Positions 13,401 through 26,596 of a stretch of 64,000 nt of DNA are shown here, piece by piece. The stretch spans positions 78,272-142,271 of the forward strand of contig JAAOMT010000183.1 of NCBI GenBank assembly GCA_016748015.1. Direction: 5' to 3'. The notes beneath the pieces are model-generated. The model searched no databases, had not been told where the DNA came from, and saw nothing but the letters and a program-made list of their open reading frames with translations. Positions within the stretch are counted from its first letter, which is position 1; every line of letters begins with the position of its first letter. The DNA comes from Geosiphon pyriformis uo1 (Eukaryota; Fungi; Glomeromycota). Made by a program: the position numbers and the translations under genes.

Positions 13401-13700
13401 TAATGGGAAATTGTTGTTGAGTGTACCTTTCAATAGTTTGGTTGATTTCTTTGATTATTGGTGCAAAACTATAGTTCTTTGGTAAGTTGGTGTGTTGGAA
13501 TAATTCTGTGTAAAAGTTTTCTCTTGCTGCTTCAATGTTAACTGTTCCTCCTAAGCATTCAGTGATTTTGTTGTTGACATAAAAGTTGAAGGCTGATTCG
13601 GCTGGGTAATGATTACTGTTCAATCCTAATTGTTAACTGTATTGTTGAAACAAGGATTTCACGAATCCTAAATGGTTTGCTCCTATATTTTCTGATTCTG
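7487..13700 (-). pseudogene. Gypsy copy 1 Gag-PR-Cys-rich-dUTPase-RT-RNase H polyprotein
   Basis: CCHC CHNCGKQGHIRVNC (~11940-11985); PR LILNSSS (decayed DSGS, ~11240); dUTPase ASRSSLA/IIDTGYVG/KIAQ/RGIQGFGS (9300-9690); RT VVYLDDT (~8285); RH TNASG and DNRNADSL. One frame apart from point stops and a 19-nt deletion near 8408. Start position uncertain. Confidence 0.9.
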
Positions 13701-13747
13701 CCACTTTTGGTTTGGTGTTGTTGGTGCTGGTTCTCTGTAGGATTATA

Positions 13748-13764
13748 CCTTACAGGGAGCACCA
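13748..13764 (-). other. Primer-binding site of Gypsy copy 1
   Basis: TGGTGCTCCCTGTAAGG starts 2 nt after the 5' LTR; TGG pairs with tRNA CCA. Confidence 0.85.
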
Positions 13765-13766
13765 AA

Positions 13767-14603
13767 TGTTACAGGTGATTTTTTCTGCTGTGGAATTGAA
13801 TAACAAATCTGTAACTTGGTGCTCAAAAGCTATCTCTGTTGATAATATTCTGAAGTGTTGTATCTAAAAGTTTTGATGGAGTCCTTTGTATAATAGACAG
13901 AGATTCAATAAGGGTTTTATCTGTAACTTCTCAGACTCGCAAGTCTGTCAATTTTTTTCTCGGCTTGGTGGCTGGCAATCCTCTGGTAAGTAATCTGTAT
14001 CTTTTGTACATGTCCTACCCACTCGCAGGGGTCTTTTACCAGGCAATCCTTGACATCAGTAATCAGCACTTTTAATCAATTGGTTAGTGCACAATAACAA
14101 AATCAAAGAAAATAAAAAAAATAAAGAAATATAAAGAAAAAAGCCAAAGCGATTTGCAAATTTAGTATTCTGTCAATAGCCGTGATCAAGAGCTATTGTT
14201 CCAGTATGGTTAAGTATTAATTACTATCAACATGGAGTGTTGATAGTGAGGAGTGGATTGAGATATGAAATAATTATTTATTTGATGATTGTGTTTCCGA
14301 ACTAAGGATTCTGTCATATCAATTCTGTCTTTTCTGTTTCTAATACTACTGCTATATATACATAATTGAGATTCCTCAATTCCTCGATTCTTCACGACAG
14401 GAATTCTGGAATTCCTGGAATCCTGCGATTTCTTTGAGAGGAATCCTGGAATTCTGGAATCCTGCAATTCCTCATTGGGAAATCCTAAAATTCCTGGAAT
14501 CCTGCAATTCCTGAGAAGAATCCTAGAATTCCACATTTATTACGCCTATTTCTGATTGGCTAATAATCATGCTAATATATTTTCTATATTTCTATGAGTA
14601 ACA
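13767..14603 (-). repeat. 5' LTR of Gypsy copy 1
   Basis: TG...CA termini (tgttac...gtaaca), 837 bp, adjacent to PBS. Confidence 0.95.
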
Positions 14604-16561
14604 TCACCTTTTGTTGGCTTTGTGTTTAATATGTAAGAATTCTGGTCATACATCTCTCACTTGTAAATCGGTTAAGGTTGGGTCAATTTCCAGAGGCAAG
14701 AAAGCCCCTCTTTCAGCCCAAGACCAGTTCAGATTGGCAAAGATTTATGAGAAAAAGTTAGTGTCTATCTCTTGTTCTCTGGCTTTTGATAGAAAGACTT
14801 GGGCGTCAGTAATTGGTGCTCTTCCTACAGGTTTTCTTCGTGGTATTCACTCTTTTCTTGGTTTCAATGATAATGATAAACCTTTCCCTTCTGGTGTGAA
14901 TAATTTAGAAATATGATTGGTCAATATTGAAAGCAGTTTTACCAGTCTTGCGGGACAAATTAGTGAGTTGGCTAAGAGGTTGTACTCTTTCATGCTGGCA
15001 GTTTTCCAGCCTAGCTCTGGATGTTAGCTGCCGGTAACCCCTTCTTCACAGAATCTGGAGGGTAATATAGTAATAAGAGTGGGCTCAAGTGAGACCACTG
15101 GTGGTAAGGCTGCTATGGTTTTGAATTCATCTGTGTCCCCCCATGTGATCAAGTTAGAAAATATGCTGAAGGGCTTTTTTGTTTCTGTTCTGAGCCTGTC
15201 TGTTCAATTTGATAGTCTGGTTCTGGCTGATGATGCACTTCTCTGACCCTCTTTTTAATAAACATTTTAATTTGAAAAGTTGCAACTTGCAACATTAAAG
15301 GAATAAACAATTCTGTGAAACAGGATGATATCATATGTTGGCATAAAGACATAAACAACTTAATTTCAATTTTTATGGAATCAAAACTAAAGGGGAAGAT
15401 TCACCTATGGATTGCTAATAAGTTTGATGGTGTTTGGGTCTTCACTTCTGGTTTGGAATCTGGTCATTTGGGTGTTGGTGTTGTTGTCATTATGGATTTT
15501 TATTTGGTAAGACACGTGAGCAGAGTTTCTGAGGTGTCTGGTTAGCTTCTCTTCATTAAACTGCTTTTCAAGGATAAGATTTTGGTGTCAATTTTGGGAC
15601 TTTATACTGGTGCTTCTTCAGTAGTTCAATTCTCTCAGGCTGGTAAGATCAACTCTTTTATTGCAAAGACAATAAATGAATCATCTTTGGTCATTCTCAG
15701 TGGTGATTTCAATGAAGATAGCTCTCATAAGTGTGTGAGTTTCAGAAAGTATGCTGATTTAGGGCTTGTTAATTCTTTAACTGTAGCCTGGCCACCAAAA
15801 AACCTACTTGGTCGAACTCTAGGGGAGTCATAAAGACAATTGACTTTATATTTGTTTCCCCAAACCTGATTAATACAATAGTGCACCAAGAAGTTTTGGA
15901 AGTCAGTAAGTATTTTAACACAGATTACAAGGCAGTTTCTATGTCTGTGGGTCTTAGTGGCCTTTTAGACACATGGTTGAACTCTCTTTGCAAACAGATA
16001 AATAAAGATTGGTAGAAGTTTAATTTCAAAAATGCTGGTGAAGATAAGTGGAATGATTTCAAGGATGTTACAATAGCCAACATGGCGATGTTCTCAAATG
16101 AGTTTGCTGTAGCTTCAAGGTTCTCAGACTTGGACACAATGTGGGATGTTATTCGAAAAGTTATGGTGTTTTTGGCTAATGAAATATTCAAAAAAAAATG
16201 GTTCAAGGACAATGATCACATCTTTACCAAGGGGTCTTCAAGGTTTCACAGATTGGAACTTCTAGTTTCAAAGATTGTTAGAGTTTCTTGTGAAGATGGT
16301 GTTAATAATTTTGTTTTTTTTATGAAATGTTGGTGTTCTTTGAACAGTGCTAGGGCCTCAAATGTTTAGGATTTGGTGGACTCTGATGCTTCTTTTGATT
16401 GTGTTTGTTCTGCCCTCTCTAGAGCTAAAAAATTTTATTGTGCTTTGAAGCTGGCGGAATCTCTGAAAGCTAAAGAGGTGGACATTAAATCTGCTATTAA
16501 CAAAAGGATGGAAAGCTTTGAGACAGATAAAGACCATACTATCAAGAGTATATTAGAGCAT

Positions 16562-17349
16562 TATTACTCATAAAAAGAAAAACAGATATAGGGAAAATAG
16601 TAGACCAATAAGCAAATAGTATGTAGCATGTGAGCACATTGTTCAGCAATATAGAACAATGATAGAAATCATGGCACATTGCTCAAAAAATCATAGCACA
16701 TTGCTCAGGAATGTGAGTGATCTTGTAAAATATCAATTATGTATATAATAGTGGTAGTGTTAGAAGTAGAAAGAGCAGAATTCTTTAGTTAGAAATCTTC
16801 CATCCACAAATATTAAATAAATAAATCATTCACCATCCAAATTCACTCTCCACTATCAACACTTCATGTTGATAGTAATTGATACTTAACCACACTGAAA
16901 CAATAGCTCTTGATTATGGCTATTAATAAGATACTAACTTGCACATTGCCTTGGCTCATTTCTTTATTTTTCTTTTATTTTCTTTCTTTTTTTTATTTTT
17001 TTGTTGTATATTAACTAATTAAGGATTGAAGCACTGAGTAATTGACATTACAGATAGTCTGGTAAAAGACCCAGAAATAAGGATAAAATTATATATATAT
17101 TAATAGATAACTTACCAGAAAGACATAACTGCCAAAATAAACTGGCCACCAAGCTGAAGACAGAAATTGGAAACACCACTCACCAACCAACCACATTGTT
17201 ATTGAATTTCTGTCCATTATACAAAAGATTCCACTCTAAAAACCTTCAGATACAACCCCCATATCAGTATTACCAGCATTGTCAAGATATTAAACACCAA
17301 GTTACAAATTTGTTATTTGATTTGAAATCCCAAATAATTATCTGTAACA
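16562..17349 (+). repeat. 5' LTR of Gypsy copy 2 (788 bp)
   Basis: Colinear with 25739-26596 apart from about 70 bp of missing GCACATTGCTCAGCAATATG-type repeats. Confidence 0.93.
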
Positions 17350-17399
17350 TTTGGTGCTTCCTGTGAAGTATAATTCTACAGAAAACAGCACCAACCACA

Positions 17400-20300
17400 A
17401 TTATCTAAAAGTGACAATCTTAGAAATTATAAGAACAAACCATTTAGGATTCGCCAAATTCTTATTTCAACAGTACAGTTAACAATTAGGCTTAACCAAC
17501 AACCATTATCCAGCAGAATCTGCTTTCAACTTTTACGTCAACAAAAAGATCACAGACTGCCTAGAAGAAACAGTTGACATTGAATCAGCAAGAGAAAACT
17601 TTTATACAGAATTATTTCAACATACCAGTTTACCAAGAAACTACAGTTTTACACCAATCATTAGGGAAATCAATCAAATCATTAAAAGGTACACCCAACA
17701 ACAATTTCCCATTACTTATGCAGACAAAGACAAAGGAAGATTGCAAACCCCAGCTGTAATACCAAAACAAATACAACCACTCAATTGAAAAAAAACCCAA
17801 GTTGAATCACTCACCAATCCATCATACCATTATATACCAGAAAGTGCCATCAACATCTTATTAACAGATGCATCCACATCACATGTGACATCAACATTTG
17901 GCCGACTCCTATTCCAAAGTAAATAAAAGAAAGCAGAGTTATTAGAAACTTATGATGATTATTTTGAAAGATTTAAATTGCAATTACCAATGCCATCAAA
18001 ATTCCAATCACCACCATCTCAACCAGATTTCAGAAACACAAGTCTTTGGGAAATAACAAAATCAGAAGAAGAGAAAGAAGAAAAATCTGAAGATCAAGAA
18101 TTTAATTACCAAAACTTGATCATGGAAAACTTGAAATTTGGAACTCTGAATCTTCAAACCCAAAAAAATTCAAATTTAGAAAATTCAGAAATCGAAACTC
18201 CGAATATTCAACCACTGCCAAATCAGAACAATCAAAACTCTGATCTAATTAATCAACCAGACCTACCTTTTGTTATCGTCATTAACCCACCACCAGTTAA
18301 ACCAATTGGCCAGCCACTACAACAACCACACCAGTAGATTCAACAGCCACTAGTACCATTTCAACAACCACCACAACTCAACTTAGATCCAATGACATAT
18401 GTACCAATAGCCAAACTTGAAAAATTCACTGGTAAAGAGGATAACGCCCAAGTATAACTAAATGATGTGAAGAAAGCCATTGCAGCTAATGAATGGAATG
18501 ATGCCAAAACCATGCAAGCCATCCCATATTTTCTCCAAGATACTGCTGATTCATGGTACCAAAGCCTGGTCAACAAACTCCAAGATTTCAATGCATTCAA
18601 AATTGAGTTTTTAAGATACTTTAGCAACTATAACAGTATTAACAGACTAGTAAACACATTTACTACCATCAAACAAGGAGAAAATAAAGCAGTCACTACT
18701 TACTTAGGACACTTCCACAGAAATCTGCACCAGATTCAAGCCATCAACGCCAATTATTTCACAGTGGCCTAAATCTTAAATCAGTTTATTCATGGATTAT
18801 GCAGTAGTATCCTACAATGCATATGTCTATTACATCTCATCAATTTGCAAGTAGCCATTACAAATGCCTAAGATTTTAAAGCCACTAAACTCGAAGCTAA
18901 CTATGCCCAAGCCGTTAATTTAGTAATGAATGGATTATCTGAATTGGATTCCAAATTGAAACAATTTAGTGATTCCATTAATCAGAAATTATAGAGATAC
19001 TTAGCTAACAATTGTGCAATTTATTAACCACCACAACAACACAATAATTCTAGAAACGCAAATCATTTCCAGAATCAGTCATGTCCATTATTGTTGACCA
19101 ATCAACAGTGGCAACAAAAAATGCATGTTTGCTATTATTGTGGTAAACAAGGACACCTACAAATTGATTGCTGCCATCGCTTAAATAACCAATGATCAGG
19201 AAATCAATATTGAAACCCCAATCACTAGTTTCAAATCCCGAATAATCTACTAAACTCAGAACCATATTATCAGAATTACACACCTATAATGCAGTAGCCA
19301 CTTTATCAACCACCAGTATATCAAGTGCCAATTTATTAACCAACAACACTGACAATTTATCAGCCGCCGTTACAACCCATTTATTAGCTGCAGCTTTAGG
19401 TAATCTATTAGCCCCAACAAATTTAACACTGCCACAGAACTTACCTCAAAATGGAACCCAAAGGCCGAGATTGACTCAACAAAGCTGGAAATCATCAATG
19501 GTAGTTTACCAACTGATCCCCAGTTCTTCCACACAACCAGCAGGATCTTGACAACAGAATTTGGGCACTGGGTATGCCCAAAACCTGAATTCTCAGAACT
19601 ATTTAAGTCTTCTGGTTACCCAAGAAGATGCCCAACCCAATAATCTGGAGACCAATCAACAACCAACACTTACCAGCAACATTTCGTCAGCTACCATCAT
19701 TGAGAACAAATCACTGGATGCCATCTTCTTGTTTAAACTTGAAGAACCATCAACCACACCATTATTTAATGGAGCCTTCTGAAAGAAAAACCTATTACTG
19801 TCATGTATACTAATGCCAAAATTGATGCCACTCCATCAAACTGATTCTAGACAGTGGATCAGCTGGCAGCATCATTACAAAACAACTTATGGACCAATTA
19901 GGTTACTGAGTTGATCGCACTACCAATGCCAGAATCATAACTGCTAATGGAGTAACAAAACTCTCATTAGTAAGATTGATGACTTCTCTATCAAAGTCAA
20001 CAGTATCATGGTTCCAATCAAAGTACTGGTCATAGAAGCCACCCAATATCAAGCACTCATTGGTAATGATTGGCTATCTAAAACCAATGTATTGCTTGAT
20101 TAGAATATGCAGGAGCTTCAAATTAGCCAGAACAGCCGACACACATGCATACCAGCCATGTGTGGTTATTTCAAGACTATCAACTTAACAATATTACTTA
20201 TCGAATTTAAGAAAGAGGAAAAGAAACCTACTTGAAAAGCCTACCAAGTTTCTTGGGCCAACACCGAACACAACAAGCTGCCACCAGTACCTTCATAGAA

Positions 20301-23300
20301 TGACAACAGCAAAAAAAAGCAGAGTAAAAAACTTACCTGGAAAGCTGACCAAGTCTGGGAAACCAACAATGACCAAGAAAAACAAATAAATTGGAAATAG
20401 AAAGAAGACAAAAAGGGAAAAGGAAAGAGGAAGGAAGAAGAATCAACAACTAACAGCAATCCCACATATAATTTCTACACTACACCCCACCAATCTACTT
20501 ATCATCACCCAAAACTGGTATGCATTAATTGTGGTAAGAAATTGTCATTAATGGGCACTTGTTGTGACAACAATGAGAAGCACACTTTGGCAACAAAATT
20601 CTATTGCTGCCCATACATTATTGAACACTTTGAAAGGCCAAAATGGGTTGGGAAATGGGACAATAAATCATGCTTGGCTTGTGGAGAAACTTTTCTGGAC
20701 AAAAGAATGTGGAATGACATTCTTGGGCAAGGAACGTGCAATGAATCATGTCAATACATGATTCTTATAAACAACTAGGTAAAAAAAAAATGCCCATAGA
20801 TGCTGTCTGGAGACAAGCCATCAAATGTCTGGATGAATGTTCACATAACAATGACAAAATCTGGCAAATGACACTCACCAAAATCGAAAGAGCAACACCA
20901 GAAGAGATAAAAACAATTAAAAATAACCCACCTGAACCTATAGAACTTGACTGAGACCCAGAACCAGTCATAAATCTCCTAGATCCAGAACGATTCCATG
21001 AATATTATCAAGAGCTAGCACCTACGAGAGAAGAGCAGAAGCAACACTTGGAAGAAATAAATACAAGACTATGTAACCATTGTTTTATTCTCTGTGACTT
21101 CCAATACTGTAATGAATGTAACCTCATTTACAATCTACCACCACACATGATCTACACAATCCCAGAAGAAGACAAACCAATCAGTAGCTGCACATTGGAA
21201 TTGGAATCAGTTTTTAATTCCGATTTAAACTCTGACAATGATGACAACAAAAATAACAGTTCCAGCTCCACTCAACATAGTAACAAAAATAACAATGATT
21301 TGAATTTCGATTCAAATCCTGAAACATTTATCGCACTTCCTGACCTCACCAAAAAGCAGAGACTGAAATGGTTTAGCGATAACAATGAAAATATCATGCC
21401 AGAATGTGCTCATGATACTGATGCAAAGTTTGATTTGAGATATTCAGAAAAAAATGCCATAAAATTGGAACCCCATTCACGCATCTACATTGATCTCAAA
21501 ATAGCACTGGAAATCCCAGCAACAACTATGGTTTAACTAGCATCTAGGAGTAGCTTGGCAAAAAAGAAAATCAACATCAGAAGAGGGATAATTAACACAG
21601 GATATGTAGAAAATATCATTACTATGCTACAAAATGACTCTGAAAAAGCCTATATCATAGAGCCAAATGAAAAGATAACACAAGCAATATTCCTACCTCT
21701 GGTGAAAATAGCTCAATTAGTGTCAGTGGAAAACAGAAAGAAATTAAGAATTACAGCTAAAGGAATACAGGGATTCAGATTAACAGGTAGAATAAATATA
21801 TCAGTTAATATGGCAGAGAAAAAAATTGTTGACAAAAGAGAAATTATTTCAACCTGTCAAACAATTTTCATTCTACTATATGACCAGTATATGTAGCCAT
21901 AAAAAGAGAAATAAAGAATCAAGCTCAATTGTTTGAAGCAGAAGCCACCATTTGTAAATCAGGAGAGATTGAACTCACCAATCTCTACATCTCAACCAAC
22001 AGTCCCAAAAACATTAAAATTCCCATCTACAACACAACTGGAAACATTATTGAAATACCAAAAGAAACCATTATTGGATATTTAACCACCAAAGTTGAGG
22101 ATTAATCACCAAACCACATTTCAGATTTTCCACAGCTTTGTAGATATGTAGACATTACATCACAAACCATCTATGGACAAAGTGAATGTTATCTACTCCA
22201 ACCAAAACAATTGGAACAAATAAACATGAGAAATTTAGATCCATTTCAACAGATGCAACTCAAAATGTTACTCAACAATTTCAATGACATCTTTGCTAGT
22301 GAAAATAAATTTGGCTGAACCAACATTATTCAACATCAGATCAAAACTGGAGATGTAATGCCAATTAAACAAAGAGCATACAGAGTATTACCAGCTAGTC
22401 ATGAGATCATTTGTTAAGAAATCAACTGAATGCTTGACAACAGGCTAATTCAGCCATCAATGAATTCATGGTTGTCACCAGTAGTACTAGTCTATAAAAA
22501 AAATAAAAAAATCCATTTTTGTGTAAATTACCAGAAACTAAATAGAGTAACTAAAGGTGATGCTACCTAACTCCAAAGATCCAAAAATTATTCGATGCTT
22601 TTGGTGGAAATAAATGGTTCTTAACATTAGATTTAAATAGTAGATACTGATAAGTAGCCATGAATCCAGCTGACAAAGAAAAAACAGCATTTACCACAAG
22701 AGAAGGAAATTTTGAGTTTGAAGTTATGCCATTTGGCTTAATGAATGCTCCAGCCACATTTCAACAACTTATGGAAATTGTTTATACCAGACTACTATGA
22801 AAATTAGTAGTCATATATTTAAATGACACCAATATGTTCTCAAAAACATTTGATGATCATCTGCATTATCTTTAACAAGTATTCAAAAGATTAAGAAAAG
22901 CTGAATTGAAACTAAATGCAACTAAATGTTTCTTTGGAAAAACTGAATTCAAGTTTTTGGGACATATAGTAAGCAAAAATGGAATCAAAACAGATCCAGA
23001 CAAGATTGAAGTAGTTAAAAACTTTTCAGTACCAGCCAACTTGCCAAAACTAAGGGCATTTTTGGGATTCACAGGCTACTATTGCCACTTCATCAAGGAT
23101 TTTTCTAAACTAGCTTAGCCACTTCACCATTTACAAACCAAAAATATGAAGTATAAATAAACTAAAGCTCAACAAAAAGCATTTGACACATTGAAAAAAA
23201 AGCTTATCCAAGCTCCAGTATTGATGTATTCAGATTACAACAAACCATTCATTATTACTACTGATGCATCAGATCAAGCATTGGGAGCAGTACTATCACA

Positions 23301-23619
23301 GAAAGAACCAGATGGAAGAGAATATCCAGTAGCTTATGCCAATAGAAGCTTAAGTCCAGCTGAAAAGAACTATGGAACTCCACCACTAGAACACTTAGCA
23401 ATCTATTGGGCTGTTATTAAATAAAGAGAATACTTGAGCCAAAAGTTTGAAATATATACAGATTACAAGAGATTGACTTCAATTCAGAAGCAAAAATTTG
23501 GAGATAATCACTATGCCAGATAGAAAATAGAACTTTCACTATTCAATTACACAGTACATTATAAAAAGAGAAAAGACAATAGAAATGCCAACAGTTTATT
23601 ACAAATGAGACAAATCTAA
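17400..23619 (+). pseudogene. Gypsy copy 2 Gag-PR-Cys-rich-dUTPase-RT-RNase H polyprotein
   Basis: CYYCGKQGHLQIDC (~19130), LILDSGSAGS (~19841), dUTPase ~21400-21800, RT EVMPFGL, RH TTDASDQALGAVLSQ; many stops. Confidence 0.9.
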
Positions 23620-23650
23620 AAACATTTCACCAAAAATATAACAAAAAAAA

Positions 23651-25027
23651 ATGAACACACAAAAATACCAACAACTCCAGCATTATATAAATACTCAATT
23701 GTTTAAGGAGAAATTATCTCAAAAAAAACAAAATAATATAAAACAGCAATCAAAATATTTCATTAATCATCAAAATATACTTTACTGGAAAAACAGAAGA
23801 AATTCAGACCAACCAACCAGAGTAGTTATGGAACCAGAAAAAGAAACAATATTGTTCAACATGCACTCAGATCTAACAGCAGGATATTTTCATAAAGAAG
23901 CAATCATAGAAAGAACCAAAAAAAGATACTATTGGCCATCAATGTATCCAGATATTATCCAATATGTTCAAAATTGTGATGCTTGTTAGAGAAGAGGTAG
24001 AACAAGACCAAATAAACCATTAAGACCAATCAAAGTGGGACAACTATTTGATTGAATTGGAATTAACTTAGTCAGACTACTAACAATCATTAGCAGAGAC
24101 AACAGATATATTGCAGTAGCCATGGATTATCTCACTAAATGGCCAGAAGCAAAAGCCATTCAAAGAATAGATGCAGAATCTGTTGCCAAATTTGTTCATC
24201 AAGATTTGATCTGTCGACACAGATGTTCAAAAGAACTATTATCAAACCAAGGAACTCACTTTGTGAACAGAACATTGACAGAATTAAGTCAAAGATTTGG
24301 AATTAAAAGACCTTTATCATCACCATACTATTCACAAACAAATGGACTAGTAGAAAGATTTAACAGAACATTGTGTGAAGCAATTGCCAAAATCAGTCAA
24401 GAAAACCAAGACGAATAGGTTTTGGTTATACCATCAGTATTATTTGCTTATTGGACAATGAAACAAGATACTACACAAGTAACATCATTTGAATTAGTAT
24501 ATGGTAGAACAGCAACATTACCAATTAAGATAGAGGTCAACACATATCCAACTGAACCAATAACAAAAGCTAATTTTCAAGAAACATTGTTAAGAAGAAC
24601 ATATGACCTAATGGAAACACTAAAAAACAGATGACAAAAAGCAACTGATAATATTCCAAAGTCTCAAGAAAAGCAAAAAGAACAACATAATAACCAATTA
24701 CCAAATAAACCAGTTGAATTCAAGATTGAAGACAAAGTACTTTTACATCGTACCAAAGTGGAAAAACAATGGAGTGAAAAATTTGACCCCAAATGGAACA
24801 AACCATTTCACATAGAAGAAATTCTTGGAAATGGAGCTTATAAATTAAGATGGAACAACAAAATCTTAACCAAAGCAGTACATAGTAATTGACTGAAACC
24901 ATATTACCAAATAGCATCATCATCCACTAATAACATTTCACAATTGGGAGTACAACAAATACTAGTTCAACCAGATGAGATTCCACAAGATCTAGAACCA
25001 ATTATAATTATTGGACCAAACACGTAA
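23651..25027 (+). pseudogene. Gypsy copy 2 integrase, own ATG
   Basis: MNTQKYQQLQ...YYWP..CDAC; DYLTKWPEA; QTNGLVERFNRTL. Confidence 0.9.
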
Positions 25028-25088
25028 AATCAAACAATAAAAGAGTATATAAAGACACAGTATATGTGACAAAGGCAACCAAGAAAAA

Positions 25089-25724
25089 ATGGAAATACCA
25101 GATCATATTTACACCATAGCTCAACAATTATTCCAGGCCTTAAGTCAACCACTTTTAGACATGGAAATTATTATTAACAACCAAACAATTTGCTATCAAA
25201 ACACTAAAAAAAAGACAAAGAATACACCATATTAGTGGTTACCAAAGAATAATAAAAACTGGTCAGATAACATAATAGAAAAAGTAAAGAACACTTTTGG
25301 GAAAATACTTATTATGGCACCAACAGAAAAACTTATAAAAGAGAATTGGAAGCAATAGACAGAACAACTTCCAAAATCATACTGTTACTACCAGTTAGAT
25401 TAAAAGTTGAATATTCAAGAGTTGTATATTAACAAATCCAAGAGGATATTTAACCAAAACATAATACAGCAAATTGAAAAATTTATTGAGAAAAAGACGA
25501 ACTTAACACTACATGTGAGAACAATTTACTGACTGCACAACATATTTCAGAACTATCCAGAAATACTGGTACATTCTAACATGAAAACCATAACCATTAA
25601 CCAATAGGGAAGAATGAACAATGTACAAGTAGAAGACATGAAAAATAAAATCGAACAAACAATACTAGAAAAAAAAGTATTAGAGCTAATTCAGAATAAA
25701 GATTTTGACAGAGGTTAATATTAA
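25089..25724 (+). pseudogene. Gypsy copy 2 accessory ORF3 (about 212 codons)
   Basis: MEIPDHIYTIAQQLFQ...ILEKKVLELIQNKDFD; stop overlaps the PPT as in copy 1. Confidence 0.7.
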
Positions 25725-25738
25725 AAAGGAAAAGATAA

Positions 25739-26596
25739 TGTTACTCATAAAAAGAAAAACAGATATAGAAAAAATAGTAGACCAATAAGCAAATAGTATG
25801 TAGCACATGAGCATATTGTTTAGCAATATAGAGCAATGATAGAAATTATGGCACATTGCTTAGCAATATGGAGCAATATGGAGCGATGTTAGAAAATGAG
25901 AGCACATCACTCAGCAATATGAACATTGCTCAAAAAATCATAGCACATCACTTGGGAATATAAGCAATCTCATAGAATATCAATTATGTATATAATAGCA
26001 GTAGTGTTAGAAGTAGAAAGAGCAGAATTTTTTAGTTAGAAATCTTCCATCCACAAATATTAAATAAATAAATCATTCACCATCTAAATTCACTTTCCAC
26101 TATCAACATTTCATGTTGATAGTAATTGATACTTAACTATGTTGGAACAATAGCTCTTGATCATGGCTATTGACGAGATACTAACTTGCACATTGTCTTG
26201 GCTTATTTCTTTATTTTTCTTTTATTTTCTTTCTTTCTTTGATTTTTTTGTTGTATACTAACTGATTAAGAATTGAAGTGCTGAGTAATTGACATCATGG
26301 ATAGTCTGGTAAAAGACCCAGAAATAAGGGTAAAATTATATATATATTAATGGATAGCTTACCAGAAGGACATGACTGCCAAAATAAACCGGCCACCAAG
26401 CTAAAGACAAAAATTGGGAACACTACTCACCAACCAATCATATTATCATTGAATCTCTGTCTATTATACAAAAGACTCCACTCTAAAAATCTTCAAATAC
26501 AACCTCCATATCAATATTACCAGTATTGTCAAGATATTGAACACCAAGTTACGGATTTGTTATTTGATTTGAGACCCCAAATAATCATCTGTAACA
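25739..26596 (+). repeat. 3' LTR of Gypsy copy 2 (858 bp)
   Basis: tgttactc...tgtaaca termini. Confidence 0.93.

Larger units (their letters stand above)
4125..14603 (-). mobile_element. Ty3/Gypsy LTR retrotransposon copy 1 (full length, decayed)
   Basis: Two 837-bp LTRs, 4-bp TSD tcgc (4121-4124)/tcac (14604-14607), PBS and PPT, domain order Gag-PR-RT-RH-IN. Confidence 0.95.
16562..26596 (+). mobile_element. Ty3/Gypsy LTR retrotransposon copy 2 (related subfamily, full length, decayed)
   Basis: LTRs at 16562-17349 and 25739-26596, TSD gcat (16558-16561)/gcac (26597-26600), PBS at ~17352, PPT aaaaaggaaaagataa before 25739. Confidence 0.95.

Noticed and set aside
14210-14536. 108-aa ORF with RIPG repeats, and a CRISPR-like look to the array
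   Set aside because: It is the translation of the LTR tandem array; there are no unique spacers or cas genes, and the context is eukaryotic.
25089-25724. ORF3 as an envelope gene
   Set aside because: No signal peptide, TM helix or furin site visible.
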